Positions 9,735 to 23,452 of a stretch of 64,000 nucleotides of DNA are shown one piece after another. Both the position numbers and the translations under genes were made by a program. This DNA comes from Octopus sinensis. Its lineage: Eukaryota. The stretch's first letter is position 1. Every line of letters begins with the position of its first letter. The stretch lies in NCBI RefSeq assembly GCF_006345805.1, contig NW_021832828.1, positions 1-64,000 of the forward strand, given 5' to 3'. Below the pieces are notes generated by a model. It did not search any database. It worked only from the letters and a program-made list of their open reading frames with translations, and was not told the origin of the DNA.

Positions 9735-12700
9735 GTCATTTAAAGTCCTCTAACGTCGTGTCATTTAACGTCATTTAACGTCAATTAGCGTCATGTCCTT
9801 TGACGTCATTTAACGTAATGTCTTTAAAGTCATTTAACGTCATGTCATTTAACGTCATCTAACGTCATTTAACATCATGTCATTTAACGGCATTTAACGT
9901 CATGTCATTTAACGTCAATTAACGTCATTTAACGTCATGTAATTTAACGTCATTTGACGTCATGTCGTTTAACGTCTATTAACGTAATTTAACGTCATGT
10001 CATTTAAAGTCGTTTAAGGACATTTAACGTCATGTCATTCAAGGTCATTTAACGTCATTTAACGTCATGTTATTTAACGTCATTTAACGTCATATCATTT
10101 AACGTCATTTAACGTAATTTAACGTCATGTCATTTAACGTCATTTAACATCATGTCAATTAACGTCATGTCTATTAACGTCATTTAACGTCATTTAACGT
10201 CTTGTCTTTAAAATCATTTAACGTCATCTAACGTCATTTAACATCATGTCATTTAACGGCATTTAACGTCATGTCATTTAACGTCAATTAACGTCATTTA
10301 ACGTCATGTAATTTAACGTCATTTGACGTCATGTCGTTTAACGTCAATTAACGTCATTTAACGTCATGTCATTTAAAGTCGTTTAAGGACATTTAACGTC
10401 ATGTCATTCAAGGTCATTTAACGTCATGTCATTTAACGTCATGTTATTTAACGTCATTTAACGTCATATTTAACGTCATTTAACGTCATGTCATTTAACG
10501 TCATTTAACAACATGTCAATTAACGTCATAACATTTAACGTCATGTCTATTAACGTCATTTAACGTCATGTCATTTAACTTCATTTTACATGCCATTTAA
10601 CGTCATTTAACTTCATGTCATTTAACGTCATTTAATGTCATTTAACGTCATGTCATTTAACGTCAAAAAACGTCATTTAGCGTCATGTCATTAAACGTCA
10701 TTTAATGTCATTTATGGTCATGTCATTTAACATCATTCAACGTCATGTCATTTAACGTCAATTAACGTCATTTAGCGTCATTTGACGTTAAGTCATATAA
10801 TGTCATTTAGCTTCATGGCATTTAACGTCATTTCACGTCATTTAACGTCATGTCATTTAACGTCGTTTAACGTCGTTTAACATCATTTAACGTCATTTAA
10901 CGTCATGCCATTTAACGTCATTTAACGTCATGTCATTTCAGGTAATTTAACGTCATTTAACGTCATGTCATTTAGCGTCATTAAACGTCATGTCATGTAA
11001 CGCCATTTAACGTCATGTCATTGCAAGTAATTTAACGTCATTTAACGAAATGTCATTTAACGTCATTTAAATTCATTTAAAGTCATGTCATTTAAGGTCA
11101 TGTCATTTAACGTCATGTCATTTAAAGTCATGTCATTTAACGTCATCTAACGTCATGTCATTTAACGTAATTTAAAGTCATGTCATTTAATGTTATTTAA
11201 CGTCATGTCATTTAATTTCACCTAACGTCGTGTCATTTGACGACATGTCATATAAAGTGATTTAATATCATGTATTTAACGTCATTTTATGTCATTTAAC
11301 GTCATATTACGTCATGTATTTAATGTCATTTAAGCGTCATGTCATTTAACTTCATTTAACTATACGTACGTCAGTATTTAACGTCGTTTTGTGTCGTTAT
11401 CAAACGTCATGCATTTAACATCATTCAACATCATTTAACGTCATGTCATTTAACGTAATTTAACGTCATTTAACGTTATGTCATTTCATGTCATTTAGCG
11501 TTCATATCATTTAAAGTCAGTTAACGTATTTTAGCGTCACGTCATTTAACATCATTTAACGTCATATCAATTTAACGTCCATTTCACGTCAAGTCATTTA
11601 AAGTCATTTAACGTCATGTCATTTAATGTCATTTAACGTCATTTAACGTCATGTCATTAACGACATTTAACGTCATGCATTTTTTTAAAGTTATTTAACG
11701 TCAGTTAACGTCATGTCATTTAACATCATTTAAAGCCATGTCATTTAACGTCATGTCATTTAACGTCATGTCATTTAACGTCATGTAACGCCATGTCATT
11801 TAACGACATGACATTTAACGTCATGTCATTTAACGTCATTCAACGTCATTTAACGTTATGTCATTTAATGTCATTTAACGACATGTCATTTAACGTCATG
11901 TCATTTAACTTCATTTAACGTCATGTCATTTAACGACATTTAACGTTATTTAACGTAATGTCATTTAACGTCACGTCATCTAACGTCCTTTAACGTCATG
12001 TCATTTAACGTCATTTAACTTCATGTCATTTAACGTCATTTGACGTCATGTCATTTAAAGTCATTCAACGTCATGTCATTTAACGTCATTTAACGCATTT
12101 AACGCGATGTCGTTTAACGTCATGTCATTTAACGTCATGTCATTTAACGTCATGTCATTTAATATCATGTCATTTAACGTCCTTTGACGTCATTTAATGT
12201 CATGTTATTTAACGTCATTTAACGTCATGTTATGTAACGTCATTTACCGCCATTTTACATCATGTCATTCAATGTCAAGTAACTTCATGTCATTTAAAGT
12301 CATGTAACGTCATTTAACGTCATGTCATTTAAGGTCAATTAACGTCATTTTATTTAACGTCATTTAACGTCAATTACCGTCATGTCATTTAACTTCATTT
12401 CACGTCATTTAACGTCATGTCATTTAACGTCATGTCACTTAACGTCATTTAACGTCATTTAACATCAAGTCATTTAACGTAATTTAACATCATTTAACGT
12501 CCTGTCATTTTATTTAACGTCATTTAACGTCAATTACCGTCATGTCATTTAACTTCATTTCACGTCATTTAACGACATGTCATTCAACGTCATGTTACTT
12601 AACATTATTTAACGTCATTTAACGTTATGTCACTTAACGTCATGTCATGTTACGTGGTTTATCGTCATTTAACGTCATGTCATTTAACGTCATTTAACGT

Positions 12701-15700
12701 CATGTCATTTAACCTCATTTAACGTTATTTGACGTAATGTCATTTAACGTCATGTCGTGTAACGTCGTTTAACGTCATTTAACGTCAAGTCATTTAACGT
12801 CATTTAACCTCATTTAACGTTAATTAACGTAATGTCATTTAACGTCATTTAACGTCATGTTATTTAACGTCATTTAAAATCATGTATGTAACGTAATTTA
12901 ATGTCATTTGACGTCATGTATTTTAACGTCAATTAACGTCATGTCATTTAAAGTTATTTAACGTCATGTCATCTAATGTCATTCAACGAATTTAACTTCA
13001 TGTCATTTAACCTTCTTTGACGTCATTTAACGTCATGTTATGTAACGTCATTTAACGTTATTTTACATAATGTCATTCTACGACAAGTAACTTCATGTCA
13101 TTTAACGTCATGCAACGTCATTTAACGTCATGTCATTTAACTTCATTTTACATGTCATTTAACGTCATTTAACTTCATGTCATTAAACGTCATTTAATGT
13201 CATTTAACGTCATGTCATTTAACGTCAAAAAACGTCATTTAGCGTCATGTCATTTAACGTCATTTAGCGTCATGTCATTTAACTTCATTTAACATCATTT
13301 ATGGTCATGTCATTTAACATCATTCAACGTCATGTCATTTAACATCAATTAATGTCATGTCATTTGACGTCATTTAGCGTCATTTGACGTTAAGTCATAT
13401 AATGTCATTTAGCTTCATGGCATTTAACGTCATTTCACGTCATTTAACGTCATGTCATTTAACGTCGTTTAACATCATTTAACGTCATTTAACGTCATGC
13501 CATTTAACGTCATTTAACGTCATGCCATTTAACGTCATTTAACGTCATGTCATTTCAGGTAATTTAACGTCATTTAACGTCATGTCATTTAGCGTCATTA
13601 AACGTCATGTCATGTAACGCCATTTAACGTCATATCATTGCAAGTAATTTAACGTCATTTAACGCAATGTCATTTAACGTCGTTTAAATTCATTTAAAGT
13701 CATGTCATTTAACGTCATGTCATTTAACGTCATTTAAAGTCATGTCATTTAACGTCATTTAACGTCATGTCATTTAACGTAATTTAAAGTCATGTCATTT
13801 AATGTTATTTAACGTCATGTCATTTAATTTCACTTAACGTCGTGTCATTTAACGACATGTCATATAAAGTGATTTAACATCATGTATTTAACGTCATTTT
13901 ATGTCATTTAACGTCATATTACGTCATGTCATTTAACGTCATTTAGCGTCATGTCATTTAACTTCATTTAACTATACGTAACGTCATGTAATTTAACGTC
14001 GTATAACGTCATTTAACGTCATGGCATTTAACATCATTCAACATCATTTAACGTCATGTCATTTAACGTAATTTAACGTCATTTAACCTTATGTCATTTC
14101 ATGTCATTTAGCGTCATATCATTTAAAGTCATTTAACGTATTTTAGCGTCATGTCATTTAACATCATTTAACGTCATATCAATTAACGTCATTTAACGTC
14201 AAGTCATTTAAAGTCATTTAACGTCATGTCAATTAATGTCATTTAACGTCATGTCATTTAACGTCATTTAACGTCATGTCATTTAACGACATTTAACGTC
14301 ATGTCATTTAAAGTTATTTAACGTCAGTTAACGTCATGTCATTTAACATCATTTAACGCCATGTCATTTAACGTCATGTCATTTAACGTCATGTCATTTA
14401 ATGTCATTTAACGACATGACATTTAACGTCATGTCATTTAACGTCATTCAACGTCATTTAACGACATGTCATTTAACGTCATGTCATTTAACTTCATTTA
14501 ACGTCATGTCATTTAACGACATTTAACGTAATGTCATTTAACGTCATTTAACGTCACGTCATTTAACGTCACGTCATCTAACGTCCTTTAACGACATGTC
14601 ATTTAACGTCATTTAACTTCATGTCATTTAACGTCATTTGACGTCATGTCATTTAAAGTCATTCAACGTCATGTCATTTAACGTCATTTAACGCATTTAA
14701 CGCGATGTCGTTTAACGTCATGTCATTTAACGTCATGTAATTTAACGTCATGTCATTTAACGTCCTTTGACGTCATTTAATGTCGTGTTATTTAACCTCA
14801 TTTAACGTCATGTTATGTAACGTCATTTACCGCCATTTTACATCATGTCATTCAACGTCAAGTAACTTCATGTCATTTAAAGTCATGTAACGTCATTTAA
14901 CGTCATGTCATTTAAGGTCAATTAACGTCATTTTATTTAACGTCATTTAACGTCAATTACCGTCATGTCATTTAAATTCATTTCACGTCATTTAACGTCA
15001 TGTCATTCAACGTCAAGTCATTTAACGTAATTTAACATCATTTAACGTCCTGTCATTTTATTTAACGTCCTGTCATTTTATTTAACGTCATTTAACGTCA
15101 ATTACCGTCATGTCATTTAACTTCATTTCACGTCATTTAACGACATGTTATTTAACATTATTTGACGTCATTTAACGTTATGTCACTTAACGTCATGTCA
15201 TGTTACGTGGTTTATCGTCATTTAACGTCATGTCATTTAACGTCATTTAACCTAATTTAACGTTATTTGACGTAATGTCATTTAACGTCGTGTCGTGTAA
15301 CGTCGTTTAACGTCATTTAACCTCATTTAACGTTAATTAACGTAATGTCATTTAACGTCATTTAACGTCATGTTATTTAACGTCATTTAAAATCATGTAA
15401 TTTAACGTAATTTAATGTCATTTGACGTCATGTATTTTAACGTCAATTAACGTCATGTCATTTAAAGTTATTTAACGTCATGTCATTCAACGTCATTTCA
15501 CGTCATTTAACGTCATGTCATCTAATGTCATTTAACGAATTTAACTTCATGTCATTTAACGTCATGTCATTTAACCTTCTTTGATGTCATTTAACGTCAT
15601 GTTATGTAACGTCATTTAACGTTATTTTACATCATGTCATTCAACGACAAGTAACTTCATGTCATTTAACGTCATGCAACGTCATTTAACGTCATGTCAT

Positions 15701-18700
15701 TTAAGGTCATTTAACGTCATTTCATTTAACGTCATTCAACGTCATTTAACGTCATGTCATTTAACCTCAATTTTACGTCATGTCCTTTTACGTCATGGAA
15801 TTTAACGTCATTTAACATCATACCATTTAACGTCATTCAACGTCATGTCAATTAACGTCAATTCATTTAACATCATTTAACTTCATATCATTTAACGTCA
15901 TTTTACATCATGTCATATAACGGCATTTGATGTCATATCATTTAACGTAATTTAACGTCTTGTCATTAACGTCATTTAACATCATGTCATTTAACCTCAT
16001 TTAACGTCATTGAACGTCCTGTCACTTAACGTCATGTCACTTAACGTCATGTCATTTAACGTCATTTAGCGTCATGTCATTTAACGTCATTTACTGTCAT
16101 TTAACGTCATGTCATATAACGTCATTTAATATAATTTAACGTCATGTCATTTAACGCCCTTCAACATCATTTAACGTTATGTCATTTAATGACGTGTCAT
16201 TTAAATGTTATGCCATTTAACTTCATTTAACGTCATGTCATTTAACGTCATTTAACGTTATTTAACCTCATGCCATTTAACGTCATGTTATTCAACGTCA
16301 TTTAACGTCATGTCATTTAACGTCATGTCATTTACCGTCATGACATTTGACGTCATTTAATGTCATGTCATATAACGTCATTTAACGTAATATAATTTAT
16401 TGTCATTTAGTGTCATGTCATTTAGAGTCATTTAACGTCATGTCATTTAACGTCATATAACGTCATATCATTTAATGTTATTTAACGTCATATAACGTCA
16501 TTTAGCGTCATGTTATGTAACGTCATTTAACGTCATTTTACGTCATGTCATTTAACGTCATGTAAAATCATTTAACGTCATTTCATTAAAGGTCATTTAA
16601 CGTCATTGTATTTAACATCATTCAACGTAATTTAACGTCATCTCATTTAACGTCATTTAGCATTATGCCATTTAACGTCATTCAACGTCACGTCATTTAA
16701 CGTCATGTCATTTAACGGCAGTTGTTGCCATGTCATTTAACGTCATTTAACGTTATGTCATTTAACCTCATGTCAATCAACGTCATTTAACATCACGCCA
16801 TGTCATTTAACGTCATTTAACGTCACATCATTTAACGTCATGTAAATTAACGTCATTGAACATCATTTAACGTCATGTACTTTAACGTCATTTAACGTCA
16901 TGTCATTTAATGTCATCTAACGAAATGTCATTTAACGTTATGTCATTTAAGGTCATGTCATTTAATGTCATTCAACGACATGCCATTTAACGTCATGTCA
17001 TTTAATGTCACTTAACGACATTTAACGTTATGTCATTTAACGTTATTCAACGTCATTTAATGTCCTTTAACGTCATGTCATTTAACGTTATTTAACGTAA
17101 TATTATTTAACGTAATTTAACATCATGTCATTTAACGTCATTTAAGGTCATGTCATTTAACGTCCTTTAAAGTCATGTCATTTAAAGTCATTTAACTTCA
17201 TGTCATTTAACGTCATTTTACGTCATGTCATTTAACGTCATTTAACGTCATGTCATTTAACGCCATTTAACATCATGTCATTCAACGTCATTTCACGTCA
17301 TTTAACATCATGTAATTTAACGTCATTTAACGCATTTAACGTCATGTCATTTAACGTTCTTTGACGTCATTTAACGTCATGTTTCTAACGTCATTTAACG
17401 TCATGTTATGTAACGTCATTTGCCGTCATTTTACGTCTGTCATTTAACGTCAAGTAACTTCATGTCATTTAAAGTCATGTAACGTCATGTCATTTAAGGT
17501 CATCTCACCTCATTCCATTTAACGTCATTTAACGCATTTAACGTCATGACATTTAACGTCATGTCATTTAACGTCATGTCATTTATGTCATGTCATTACA
17601 CGTCATTTAACGTCATGTTATGCAACATCATATCATTTAACGTCATTTAACATCATGTCATTTAACGTCATTTCAATTAACGTCATTTCATTTAACATCA
17701 TTTTATGTCATTTCATTTAACGTCATGTCATTTAACGGCATTTAATGACATGTCATTGAACGTCAATTAACATCCTTTAATGTCATGTCATTTAACGTCA
17801 TTTAACGTCAAGGATCATCATGTCATTTAACGTCATTTAGCATTATTTCGCTTAACGTAATTTAACGTCTTTTAACGTCATGTCAATAAAATCATTTTAC
17901 GTCATGTCACTTAACGTCATTTAACGTCATGTCATTGAAAGTCATGTCATTTAATGTCATTTAACGTCATGTCATTTAATGTCATTTAACGACATTTCAT
18001 TTAACGTCAATTAACGTCATGTCATTTAATGTCAATAAACGTTGTCATTTAACGTCTTTTAACGTCGTTTACCGTCATTTAACGTCATGTCATTTAACGT
18101 CTTTTAACGTCGTTTACCGTCATTTAACGTCATGTCATTTAACGTCATGTCATTTCACGTCATTTAGCCTCATGTCATTTAACGTCATGTCATTTAACAT
18201 CATTTAACGTCATGTCATTTCACGTTATTCAGCCTCATGTCATTTAACATCATTTAACGTCATTTATCGTCATATCATCTAAAGTCATTCAAATTCATGT
18301 CATTTAACGTCCTTTAACATCATTTAAAGTCAAATTATTTAACGTCATGTTACGTAGCGTCATTTAACGTCATTTTACGTCATGTCAATCAAAGTCAAGT
18401 AACTCCATGTCAATTAACGTCATGTAACGTTCTTTAACGTCATATTATTTAAGGTCATTTAACGTCATTTTATTTAATGTCATTCAACGTCATTTTACGT
18501 CATTTAACATCATGCCATTTAACGTCAAGTCATTTGACGTCATGTCATTTAACGTCATTTAACATCATGTCATTTAACGTCATGTTATGTAACGTCATTA
18601 AACGTCATGTCATTCAACGTCAAGTAACTTCATGTCATTTAAAGTCATGTAACGTCATTTAACGTCATGTCATTTAGAGTCATTTTACGTCATTTTATTT

Positions 18701-21700
18701 AACGTTATTTAACCTCATGTCATTTAACTTCACTTAACGTCATGTCATTTAACGTCATTTAACTTCATGTCATTTAACGTCATGTCATTTAACGTCATGA
18801 CACTTAAGGTAATTTAACGCCATGTCATTTAAAGTAATTTAACGTCACATCATTTAAAGTCATTTAGTGTCATGTCATTTAACGTCCTTTAACATCATTT
18901 ACCGTCATTTAAAGACATGTAATTTACCGTCATTTAAAATCATTTAATGTCTTGTCATATAACATCACGTCATTCTAAGTCATTTAATGTCATGTCATTC
19001 ATCATCACTCAACATCATTTTACGTCATTTAACGCATTTAACGTCATGTCATTTGCCGTCATATTACGTCGTCATTTAACATCATGTCATTTTACGTCAT
19101 TTAACGTCCTTTAACATCATTTAACGTCATGTCATTTAATATCATTTAACTTCATTTAACGTCATGTCATTTAACTTAATTTAACGTCATCTAACATATC
19201 ATTTAGCGTCATGTAATTTAACATCAGGTCATTTAACATCATTTAACGTCGTATCATTTAACGTCAAGTCATTTAACGTCATTAAAAGTTCTTTAACGTC
19301 ATGTCATTTAACGTCATTTAGCGAGATGTCATTTAACGACATGTCATTTAACGTCATTTAAGCTCTTGTCCATAACGTCATTTAATGTCACGTCATTTCT
19401 TTTAACGTCATATAACGTCATTCAACGTCATGTCATTTAACGTCATTTAGCGTCATGTCATTTGACGTCATGTCATTTAACGTCACGTCACATAACGTCA
19501 TGTCATTTAACATAATTTAATGTCATGTCATTTAACGTCCTTTAACGTCATGTCATTTAATGTCATGTCATTTAACGTCCTTTAACGTCATGTCATTTAA
19601 GGTCATGTCATAACGTCATTTAACGTCATGTCATTTAACATTGTCATTATCGTCATTTAACCTCATGTCATTTAACGTCATGTCCCTTAACGTCATGTCA
19701 TTTAACGTCATTTAACATCATTTAACTTCTTGTCATTTAACGACATGTCACTTAACGTCATGTCATTTAACGTCATTTTACGTTGTCATTTAACGTCGTT
19801 TAACGTCATTTAACATCATTTAACGTCATATCATCTAACGTCATGTCATTTAAAGTCATTTAACGTCATTTAACATCCTGTCATTTAAAGTCATGACATT
19901 CAACGTCATTTCACGTCATTAAACGCAGTTAACGTCATGTCATTTAACGTCCTTTGACGTCATTTAACGTCATGTCATTCATCATCACTCAACATCATTT
20001 TACGTCATTTAACGTCATGTCATTTGCCGTCATATTACGTCGTCATTTAACATCATGTCATTTTACGTCATTTAACGTCCTTTAACATCATTTAACGTCA
20101 TGTCATTTAACTTCATTTAACGTCATGTCATTTAACTTAATTTAACGTCATCTAACATATCATTTAACGTCATGTAATTTAACATCAGGTCATTTAACAT
20201 CATTTAACGTCGTATCATTTAACGTCAAGTCATTTAACGTCATTAAAAGTTCTTTAACGTCATGTCATTTAACGTCATTTAGCGAGATGTCATTTAACGA
20301 CATGTCATTTAACGTCATTTAAGCTCTTGTCCATAACGTCATTTAATGTCACGTCATTTCTTTTAACGTCATATAACGTCATTTCATTTAGCGTCATTTA
20401 ACGTCATGTCATGTAACGGCATTTAACGTCATGTCATTTGACGTCATGTTACTTAACGTCATGTCATTTAACATAATTTAATGTCATGTCATTTAACGTC
20501 CTTTAACGTCATGTCATAACGTCATTTAACGTCATGTCATTTAACATTATGTCATTTATCGTCATTTAACCTCATGTCATTTAACGTCATGTCCCTTAAC
20601 GTCATTTAACATCATGTCATTTAACGTCATTTAACTTCTTGTCATTTAACGTCATGTCATTTAACGTCATTTTACGTTATGTCATCTAACGTCACGTCGT
20701 TTTACGTCATTTAACGTAATGTCATTTAACATCATTTAACGTCATATCATCTAACGTCATGTCATTTAACATCCTGTCATTTAAAGTCATTTAACGTCAT
20801 TTCACGTCATTAAACACAGTTAACGTCATGTCATTTAACGTCCTTTGACGTCATGTTATTTAACGTCATTTAACGTCATTTACCGTTATTTTACCTCGTC
20901 ATTCAAGTAACAGCATGTCATTTAAAGACATGTAACGTCATTTAACGTCATTTTACATCATTTAACGTCATGTCATTTTACTTCATTTAACGTCATGTCA
21001 CTTAACGTCATTTAACGTCATGTCACTTAACGTCATGTCATTTAATGTCATTTAACGACATGTCATGTAACATGTCATGTAACGTCATGTCATATAACGT
21101 CATGTTATTTAACGTCATTTCATTTAACATCATTTAACGTCATGTCATTTAACGGCATTTAAATTCATTTCATTTAACGTAAATTAACGTCATTTGACTT
21201 CATGTCATTTAACGTCAGTTAAAGTCATGTCATTTAACGTCATGTCAATGTACGTCATGTCATTTAAGTTCATGTCATTTAACGTCATGTAAAGTCATGT
21301 AATTTAACGTCATTTAACTTTATTTAACGTCATGTCAATGAACGTCATGTCATTTAACGTCATGTAATTTAACGTCATGTCATTTAACGTCATGTCATTC
21401 AACGTATTTAACGTCATTTAAGACATTTAATGTCATTAAACGCAGTTAACGTCATGTCATTTAACGTCTTTTGACGTCATTTAACATTGTTATTTAACGT
21501 CATGTTATGTAACGTCATTTACCGTGATTTTACGTCATGTCATTTAAAGACATGTAACGCCACTTAACGTCATGTCATTTAATGTCATTTAACGACGTCA
21601 TTTAACATCATGTCATATAACGTCATTTCATTTAACATCATTTAACGTCATGTCATTTCACGTCATTTAACGGTATTTAAATTTATTTCATTTGACGTAA

Positions 21701-21896
21701 ATTAACGTCATTTAACTTCATGTCATTTAACGTCATTTAACTTTAATGTCATGTCAATGAACGTCATGTCATTTAACTTCATGTCATTTAACGTCATTTA
21801 AAGTCATGTAATTTAACGTCATGTCATTTAAAGACATTTACCGTCATGTCGTTCAACGTATTTAACGTCATTTAATGCATTTAACGTCCCTTGACG
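9735..21896. repeat. 12.2-kb satellite built from GTCAT (5 bp) and GTCATTTAAC (10 bp) units in irregular 10/15/25-bp combinations
   Basis: Directly visible, with higher-order duplications of about 0.37, 2.6, 0.97 and 0.5 kb. Confidence 0.98.
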
Positions 21897-22545
21897 TGGC
21901 TGAAGATTGTTTTTTATCGCAACATGTTGAATATCTGACAAGGCATCGTCTGGGCAGCAGCCATCTATGCTGGATCTGGTATTCTCCCGCTATCCAAGAT
22001 CAGTGTCAGTCGTATCTGTGTGCACCCCTCTTGCCAAGAGTGATCATGCGGTCCTGAAGTTCGTCATGCACACAACTTTTTCTATGCCCACGACTACTTC
22101 GCTGTCACTTAGTCTTCTCTACAATTAATCTTGAAATTCTAACCGAGGCTTCCGCGCTTCTGGACTGGCAATCCCTGATGACGTTGTCCTCAGTTGACGA
22201 ACTATGGTCATCCCTCAAAGCATATGTAATCTGGTTGACTGACCAGGCAGTTCCCGTTGGGCTTCCCCAGAAGAAACACAAGCCCTGGGTGACGAAGAAG
22301 GTTAAACGAGAACTTCGACTCAGAGATATTGCTTGGGCTGAATTAAAAAATCTGGATTCGACTGCAGCTTTTGAGGTATACAAAACTCAACGAGACCGAG
22401 CCGTGAAAATTGAAAAGGAAGAACGCTTCAGTTATGAATACAAAATCGCGGCAAACGCCAGTAGCAATCCAAAAACCTTCTTTGCCCATGTCCAACGGAA
22501 TTCCCGCTTGAACAACCAAATTGCAGCGTTGGTAGACTCGAGAAT
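21890..22545 (+). mobile_element. CR1/L2-group LINE fragment (APE endonuclease C-terminus and linker)
   Basis: LDVAEDCFLSQHVE, LDLVF and AKSDHAVL across frames, followed by KPWVTKKVKRELRLRDIAW...NPKTFFAHV. Confidence 0.85.
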
Positions 22546-22974
22546 TGCTGAGGTGGGGGCTAAATATGTTTGTAAGAGTGTGAAAGGAGAGTAATAGACA
22601 GTAGAAATGAGGACAAAAGTGAAAATAGTGAATGGTGAACATGGATGGAGGTAGGGTCAATCGCGAGTCTCAATTTGAGGGAATGTAAGGAAAATAGGAA
22701 AAGGTCATGGACGAAAAAGTAATAAGTGGCAATACATACAGACAAAAAAAGTGGGGTGGAATACAACAGTATTATAAAACTATTAATAGATGAGAAATAA
22801 GGGGATGGGATGATGTGTAGAGAGGCACAGTGACAGAGACAGAGGTCAGAGATACATAGGGGTGAATATAATGAGTAAAAAAAATGTATATCATCTATCA
22901 AACATTTCCTAGGGGTGTGCAGAGCATAGAAATGGTTAGGAAGTATTGCCTTTTTTCTCATCTTTATATTTTAC

Positions 22975-23445
22975 TTGTTTCAGTCACTAGATTATGGCCA
23001 GTTTAATGACTAAATTGACTCCAGTTCTTTTTTTTTTTAAGCCTGGTACTCATTCTATCAGTCTGTTTTGCCAAACTGCTAGGTTACAGGGATGTAAACA
23101 CACCAACACCAGTTGTTAAGCGGTGGTGGGGGACAAACACAAACACATTCTTTTATTCTTTAACTTATTTCAGTAAGTTGACTGCGACCATGCTGGGGCA
23201 CCACTTTGAAGGGTTTTAGTCAAACTGACTCCAGGGCCTATTTTTGAAGTCTAGTACTTATTCCATCGGTCTGTTTTGTCAAAGTGCTAAGTTATGGGGC
23301 TGTAAACACACCAATACCAGTTTTCAAGCAATGATAGAGGGGGGGGGGTGCAAACACAAAGACACACACACGTCTTCTACTATTGCCTCTGGCTAACTGA
23401 AGCTTTGCAAGTGGATTAGTGGATGGAAACTGAAAGAAGCCCTTT
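22975..23445. mobile_element. Cluster of degenerate SINE fragments
   Basis: Two copies of the CTAAGTTAYGGGGACGTAAACACACC-type body plus a partial head. Related to 61060-61260 and 61481-61836. Confidence 0.65.
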
Positions 23446-23452
23446 GTATATA

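Noticed and set aside
18019-18662. SFNV/CHLTS ORFs
   Set aside because: Satellite translations.
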